The position numbers and the translations under genes are program-made. Below the pieces are notes generated by a model. That model worked only from the letters and a program-made list of their open reading frames with translations, searched no databases and had not been told where the DNA came from. 64,000 nucleotides of DNA, from NCBI GenBank assembly GCA_963674965.2, contig CAXXFL010000001.1:1472001-1536000 (forward strand), in the 5' to 3' direction. This DNA comes from a bacterium. GTDB taxonomy: Bacteria > RBG-13-61-14 > DATKZS01. The number at the start of each line of letters is the position of its first letter. The stretch's first letter is position 1. This document shows positions 58,422 through 64,000 of the stretch, in pieces.

Positions 58422-58856
58422 ATGAGCGGACACGTACATATACCATGCGGTTCTTGCGGCGCGGTAAACAGGGTGATCCGGGAGAAACTGGACAATTCGC
58501 CAAGGTGCGCTAAATGTAAAACGGGAATCAAACTGGACGCTCCCTTTTCCGTAAACTCATCACAATTCGATAAGGTCGTCAAGGAATCGGACATGCCCGT
58601 GCTGGTGGATTTCTGGGCGCCATGGTGCGGACCTTGCCGCATGATGCACCCGGTGCTCGAGGAAATCGCCAGAAAATGGGCGGGAAAGGTTATGGTGGTC
58701 AAGTTGAACACGGACGAGGCCCAGGACGTGGCCGGGAGGTTCGGTATTCAGGGTATTCCCACCCTCATTTATTTAGCCAATGGCCGGGAGATCGAACGCA
58801 AGGTCGGGGCCGTCAGCGCCGAGGCCGTGGACGCTATGATCGGACGGGCAATATAA
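58422..58856 (+). CDS. trxC: Thioredoxin 2 with N-terminal zinc finger
   Basis: CGSCGAVNRV...CAKC plus DFWAPWCGPC and GIPT. Confidence 0.93.
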   Translation: MSGHVHIPCGSCGAVNRVIREKLDNSPRCAKCKTGIKLDAPFSVNSSQFDKVVKESDMPVLVDFWAPWCGPCRMMHPVLEEIARKWAGKVMVVKLNTDEAQDVAGRFGIQGIPTLIYLANGREIERKVGAVSAEAVDAMIGRAI

Positions 58857-59094
58857 TCTTGACAATTAATCCGGACAATGAGTCAAGATTTTATTCCGAT
58901 TACGTGAAATTTCCCCAGAATCGGCTATTCTCGAATATTAGCGGCAAGGCAAATATCGCCCTTTAAACGTCCGAGCGATAATGCCGTAAACCTCACTGGA
59001 TGAATTTTCGACTTATACTGTTTGCGCCCCATTTTGCGGCGACTGATAATCTGGTCGGCAAAAAGGGACGAGTAAAGTTCCCGGCGGTTATAAA

Positions 59095-62000
59095 ATGAAT
59101 AGAGATGGCGGGAAAGTGAAGTCCGAATCGGACGACTTCCTTTCAATTAAAAAAAATTCCAGCAACCATGACTCCTCCCCCAAGGCAACGGACGGAGCCC
59201 GCGAGCTTGCCCCTGAAGTCTACCGCGCCTTGTTCGACTCCGCCGAGGACGGCGTTCTCTTGATGAAACGAGACGTGGTAATCGACTGCAATCCCAGACT
59301 TCTAGAGATATACAAACTGACCAGGGAAGAGGCCATCGGCAGCACTCCTCTCGATTATTCTCCCATTCTTCAGATTGACGGAAGTCTATCCGAAGAATTG
59401 TCTCAGGCAAGAATCGACGCGGCCCTGGCCGGAGAAACCCAGCTTTTCGAGTGGATAAACGTCAACGGCCTGGGCGAGCCCCTTTGGGTTGAGGTCATGC
59501 TTAAGCGATTGGAAGCGGACGAGGATCAATTGGTTTTCGCCGTAATCCGCGACGTCACGAAAAGGAAATTCGAGGAGGAAAAGGAAAGAGCAAGAGCGCG
59601 CGCCGTCCGCGAGCGTCACGCGGTAATAGTTGAACTGGGAAAGGACGAGCGTCTTATCCAGGGGGACCTAGTGGGTTTTGCCAAGCGTCTTTGCGAGGCC
59701 GCCGCCGAGGCCATCGAGGTCGACAGGGTCGGGCTGTGGACGCTAAAGGACGAGGGAAGGGTGCTCGAGTGCATGAACATGTACGAGCGCTCTCCCAAAA
59801 AACACTCCAGCGGCCAGTCAATTGACGCCGGGGAATACCCGAGCTATTTTCAAGCGCTCGAGACGGGACGGGCCATACAGGCCGACAATGCTCCTCTCGA
59901 CCCCCGATTTTGCGAGCTTAAGGATTCTTACCTTATTCCTAACGATATAAAGTCGATGATGGACGCGCCCATACGAATATCGGGAAAAGTCGTGGGCGTC
60001 GTGTGTCACGAGAGCGTGGGCAAACCGATAAAATGGCATGGAGACGAGATCGCCTTCGCCGGAGAGATAGCCGATCTGGCCGCCATCGCCATGATCAATG
60101 AGGACCGGATGAGGGCTGAGGAGGCCCTGCGCGCCAGCGAGGAAAAATACCGGCTTTTATTCGACGCCTCTCCCGAGTCCATTACCCTCGTGGGGCTTGA
60201 CGGCCGGATAATGGACATGAATCCCGCCAACGACGACCTGTTGGGCTATAACCAGTCCAATACGGTGGGCAGACCCTTCATGGATCTGGAAAGCATCGAT
60301 CCCGCGGAACTGCCTCGGTTTATCGACGTTTTCCAGAGGCTGGTAAAAGGAGAAAAAGTCGAGCCCATCGAGCTGAAAACGGTGGACGCCAAGGGCAATC
60401 CCCGGTGGATCGAGTCCTATCCCAGTCCCCTGAAAAGAGGAGGCGAGGTATACGCCATCCTGGTCGTCTCTCGTGAGGTTACCGAAAGAAGGAACGCCGA
60501 GGAAGCCATCCGGCGCTCGGAAATCGAATACCGCGCAACCATCGACGCCATGCGAGACATGATCCACGTGGTGGACCAGGACTTGAAGATCATTCTGGCC
60601 AACGCGTCGATTCTGAGGGCCTTGAGCGAATTCGGCTACTCCACCGACGTGGAGGGCAAGACGCCCTTCGACCTTTTCCCTTTTCTTGACGACACGGTTC
60701 GCCGGGAATATGAAGAGGTCTTCAGGGATGGTAAAGCGCTTGTAACCGCGGAGTCCTTCATCATCGGGGGAAAGGAAAAATTCAGCGAGACGATTAAAAT
60801 TCCGATCCATGACGGATTTATGGTTAAGAGAGTTTTGACCGTTATTCGCGACGTGACGGAAAAAAAGATGGCCGAGAAGGCCCTTGTACGGAGCGAGGCC
60901 AAGTACCGGGAGTTGGTGGAAAACGCCAACAGCATCATCCTCAGGATGGACCCGGAGGGCAAGGTGACTTTTTTCAACGAGTTCGCCCAGCGCTTTTTCG
61001 GCTTCTCCGAGGAGGAAATCCTGGGCAGGAACGTGGTGGGAACGATCGTGCCCGAGACCGACGTGACCGGCCGGGACCTTCGGATTATGGTCCAGGACAT
61101 CGGCCGCAACACGGACCTATATCGAACTAACGAAAACGAGAACGTCAAGCGCGACGGGGAGAGGGTGTGGGTCGCCTGGACGAACAAGGCCGTTTGCGAC
61201 GCCGATGGGAATATCGTCGAGATACTTTGCATAGGAAACGATATCACCTCGAGAAAGCGCGCGGAAGAGGAAAGAGTGAGGCTCGAGCATCAGTTGCAGC
61301 AGGCGCGAAAACTTCAGGCAGTGGGACAGCTCGCCGGAGGCGTGGCCCATGACTTCAATAACCTGCTCACCCCGATCCTCGGTTACTCGGAGATGATCCT
61401 GGCCAACCTCAAAAATGACGACGCGGCCGCCGAGGGTATAAAGGAGATCAGGGAGGCCGCCTTTCGCGCCCGCGACCTGACCCGGCAGCTTCTGGCCGTG
61501 AGCCGCAAGCAGGTCATTCAGATGAAGGTCATTAATCTTTCCAGGGTCATTACCGGCATGGAAAAGATGCTGACCAGGACCATAAGGGAAAACGTCGAGA
61601 TTAAAATTGAAATCGAGACGGACCTGAAAAACGTGAAAGCGGACCTATCTCAGATCGAGCAAATTATTCTGAACCTCGCCGTTAACGCCCAGGACTCGAT
61701 GCCCGACGGAGGGACCATGTGGATCAAGGCCGGCAACGATTTCATTTCAAGGGATAGGCGGGAGGAGTTCCAGGACCTTAGGCCGGGTAACTACGCCGTA
61801 ATTTCAGTGATCGACACGGGCGTGGGCATGGATGAGGAGACCCGGGAGAGGGTCTTCGAGCCCTTCTTCACCACCAAGGACATGGGCAAGGGCACCGGCC
61901 TGGGCCTGGCCACCGTTTACGGGGTGGTCAAACAGCATCAGGGCCACGCCTTCGTCGCCAGCGAGCCGGGAAAAGGATCGACCTTTAAAATATATTTGCC

Positions 62001-62430
62001 CGCCGTGGACCAGGAGGCCCATTCGGGAATGGAAGAAGGCTCGCCGTCCGCTGAGAGGGGAAGCGCGGAAAGGATTATGGTGGTGGAGGACAATGAGCAG
62101 GTCCGGGAACTGACAAGGGAAATACTCGAGCATTACGGATACGAGGTCATCTGCGCGGCGGACGCCGAGGACTGCATGAAAAAGCTGGGCCGGGAACGGC
62201 GAGGAATCGACGTTCTTCTTACCGACGTTATTATGCCCAGGATGAGCGGAAGAGTTCTTTATGAAAAGCTTTCCCCCCAGATGCCCGGCCTTAAAGTGAT
62301 ATATATGTCGGGATACGCCGACAATGAACTGGCCCATCACGGCGTGGCCGATGGGAAGACGAACTTCATCCAGAAACCCTTTTCAGTGGACGATCTTATT
62401 AACATGGTTCGGGAGACGTTGAAGGAATGA
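59095..62430 (+). CDS. Cytoplasmic hybrid histidine kinase (PAS, GAF, 3 PAS, HisKA, HATPase, REC)
   Basis: No TM; PAS/GAF domains, [34 protein letters not shown], receiver VVED...DVIMP...QKPF. Confidence 0.93.
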   Translation: MNRDGGKVKSESDDFLSIKKNSSNHDSSPKATDGARELAPEVYRALFDSAEDGVLLMKRDVVIDCNPRLLEIYKLTREEAIGSTPLDYSPILQIDGSLSEELSQARIDAALAGETQLFEWINVNGLGEPLWVEVMLKRLEADEDQLVFAVIRDVTKRKFEEEKERARARAVRERHAVIVELGKDERLIQGDLVGFAKRLCEAAAEAIEVDRVGLWTLKDEGRVLECMNMYERSPKKHSSGQSIDAGEYPSYFQALETGRAIQADNAPLDPRFCELKDSYLIPNDIKSMMDAPIRISGKVVGVVCHESVGKPIKWHGDEIAFAGEIADLAAIAMINEDRMRAEEALRASEEKYRLLFDASPESITLVGLDGRIMDMNPANDDLLGYNQSNTVGRPFMDLESIDPAELPRFIDVFQRLVKGEKVEPIELKTVDAKGNPRWIESYPSPLKRGGEVYAILVVSREVTERRNAEEAIRRSEIEYRATIDAMRDMIHVVDQDLKIILANASILRALSEFGYSTDVEGKTPFDLFPFLDDTVRREYEEVFRDGKALVTAESFIIGGKEKFSETIKIPIHDGFMVKRVLTVIRDVTEKKMAEKALVRSEAKYRELVENANSIILRMDPEGKVTFFNEFAQRFFGFSEEEILGRNVVGTIVPETDVTGRDLRIMVQDIGRNTDLYRTNENENVKRDGERVWVAWTNKAVCDADGNIVEILCIGNDITSRKRAEEERVRLEHQLQQARKLQAVGQLAGGVAHDFNNLLTPILGYSEMILANLKNDDAAAEGIKEIREAAFRARDLTRQLLAVSRKQVIQMKVINLSRVITGMEKMLTRTIRENVEIKIEIETDLKNVKADLSQIEQIILNLAVNAQDSMPDGGTMWIKAGNDFISRDRREEFQDLRPGNYAVISVIDTGVGMDEETRERVFEPFFTTKDMGKGTGLGLATVYGVVKQHQGHAFVASEPGKGSTFKIYLPAVDQEAHSGMEEGSPSAERGSAERIMVVEDNEQVRELTREILEHYGYEVICAADAEDCMKKLGRERRGIDVLLTDVIMPRMSGRVLYEKLSPQMPGLKVIYMSGYADNELAHHGVADGKTNFIQKPFSVDDLINMVRETLKE

Positions 62431-62465
62431 GAAATGACGCTCTCACGCCCAAAACCTCGCCTTCT

Positions 62466-62494
62466 TTGACAATCCTTGGCCGATTTTCTAGAAT
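62466..62494 (+). promoter_or_regulatory. sigma70 promoter of the helicase gene
   Basis: TTGACA-17 bp-TAGAAT. Confidence 0.65.
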
Positions 62495-62633
62495 ATAAGG
62501 GAATGGAAGATGAATTATTTGTTCAACGCGGACCCCGCCCCCCACGGAGGCCGCCACGCCCACCTGACAATATTTATTTTCATTAACGAATTTTTTAAAC
62601 GGCAAAGTCCGTCCGGATCGGACTGGAGGATAT

Positions 62634-63893
62634 ATGGACCCCAAACAAAAAGAAGAGACCAAACTCCTTGAGGAGGAGGCCGATTTTTCCGATACAATGG
62701 AAACGCCGGAGGAACCGGATTTCGAGAACGCCGAGCCCATTGACCGGTTTTTATGGCTCGGCCTGACCGAGGACGCGGCCAAGGGAGCGGTTGAAGCCGG
62801 CTTCGAGGCCCCCACCGAAATCCAGCGTAAAGTCATTCCCGCCGTGGTCGAGGGTTACGACGTGGTCGCCTGTTCCGAGACGGGAAGCGGCAAGACGGCG
62901 TCCTTCGCGCTTCCCATCCTGGACAGGATTCGATACAGCTCGCCTTTTGTCCAGGTGCTGGTGCTGGTCCCCACTCGAGAGCTTTGCCGCCAGGTGGCCG
63001 AGTCCTTCCGGGAGCTGGCGGGAGGACATAAGGTCAAGGTGGCCGAGATTTACGGCGGCATGAGCTACACGGGACAGCGCAGGGCCTTGGCCGACAAGCC
63101 TCAGGTGGTGGTGGGCGCCCCGGGAAGAGTGCTGGACCTGATGGGATCGCGCGACCTGGATTTTAAAGACGTGGAAATACTGGTGCTGGACGAGGCCGAC
63201 CGCATGCTCGACATGGGCTTCATGCCCCAGATTTCCGAGATCATCGCCAAGGTGCCCATGGAGCGGCAAAACCTCATGTTTTCGGCCACCATCCCCGAGC
63301 AGGTCTCGAGGTTCGTGAAGCTATGCCTGTCGGACCCCGTAAACATCGTGGTGGGAACAAGGACCAGGCCGCCCGACCGGGTTATCCAGCAGGCCCTGGA
63401 CGTTATGCCCTCGGAAAAGGACGCCAGGCTGGTCGAGATTGTGGCCCAGGAGCCGGGTACCATACTGATTTTTACCGCCACCAAGGTGGGCGCCGACAAG
63501 GTGCACAGGCTTTTGGTCAACGCCGGACAGAAGGCGTGCGTCATCCACGCCGACCGGGCCCAGGCGGAAAGAAAGAAGTCCCTTGACGGTTTTTCCTGTG
63601 GCAAGTACCGGATCATGGTGGCCACAGACGTGGCCCAAAGAGGACTCGACATATCGGGCATATCTCTCGTGGTCAACTACGACCTGCCCAACACGGTCGA
63701 GGACTACGTTCACAGAATAGGAAGAACGGGAAGGGCAAACACGCCCGGCCGCGCCCTCTCCTTGGTTACCTACAAGGAATACGCGCTGATTAAGAATATC
63801 CAGAAGGTGACCGGACACAAGTTCGAAAATTTCGGACCGCCCGGCCGGATCATGGATAGAAGGGCCAACTTGAAAAGAAGAAAGCGAGACTAA
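62634..63893 (+). CDS. DEAD-box RNA helicase
   Basis: Q motif PTEIQ, ETGSGKT, PTREL, DEAD, SAT, ATDVAQRGLD, YVHRIGRTGR. Confidence 0.95.
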   Translation: MDPKQKEETKLLEEEADFSDTMETPEEPDFENAEPIDRFLWLGLTEDAAKGAVEAGFEAPTEIQRKVIPAVVEGYDVVACSETGSGKTASFALPILDRIRYSSPFVQVLVLVPTRELCRQVAESFRELAGGHKVKVAEIYGGMSYTGQRRALADKPQVVVGAPGRVLDLMGSRDLDFKDVEILVLDEADRMLDMGFMPQISEIIAKVPMERQNLMFSATIPEQVSRFVKLCLSDPVNIVVGTRTRPPDRVIQQALDVMPSEKDARLVEIVAQEPGTILIFTATKVGADKVHRLLVNAGQKACVIHADRAQAERKKSLDGFSCGKYRIMVATDVAQRGLDISGISLVVNYDLPNTVEDYVHRIGRTGRANTPGRALSLVTYKEYALIKNIQKVTGHKFENFGPPGRIMDRRANLKRRKRD

Positions 63894-64000
63894 CATCTCC
63901 GCCTATTTTGCCAATCGAGCTCGAGCGTCGATAAAAAGGTTCATGGGTTGCAATCTTACGCCGCGGCGGCTATCCATTATTTCCGCGTGGGAACCAACCG

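Overview
GC-rich bacterial chromosomal segment, probably from an anaerobic deltaproteobacterial-type lineage (inferred from gene content only). It holds about 50 densely packed housekeeping and metabolic genes; I found no CRISPR array, tRNA/rRNA, integrase or transposase. The centrepiece (14.3-30.9 kb, minus strand) is an ammonium-assimilation island: a NifA-like GAF-AAA+-HTH sigma54 activator, a TorF-like porin, two amt-PII pairs, GSI-alpha glnA, glutamine-dependent nadE, a class I amidotransferase, an orphan MvhD and a split non-canonical glutamate synthase. Its regulatory code can be read from the DNA: three sigma54 promoters, each preceded by a tandem pair of CTACA-N4-TGTAG-like palindromes, a single such site before the regulator, and a 15-bp inverted repeat that could hide the RBS of the second amt. 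A second highlight is a 1415-aa PlsA/Ger-like reductive activase whose gene overlaps plsB, a candidate ether-lipid/plasmalogen operon. Also present: two hybrid histidine kinases, an OmpR-type two-component system, rhamnose/UDP-xylose sugar genes, a Grx plus FTR-rubredoxin redox pair, an SPFH/zinc-ribbon operon, ackA-MaoC-ThDP enzyme genes, trxC and a DEAD-box helicase. All product calls rest on motifs recognised by eye; no database searches were run.
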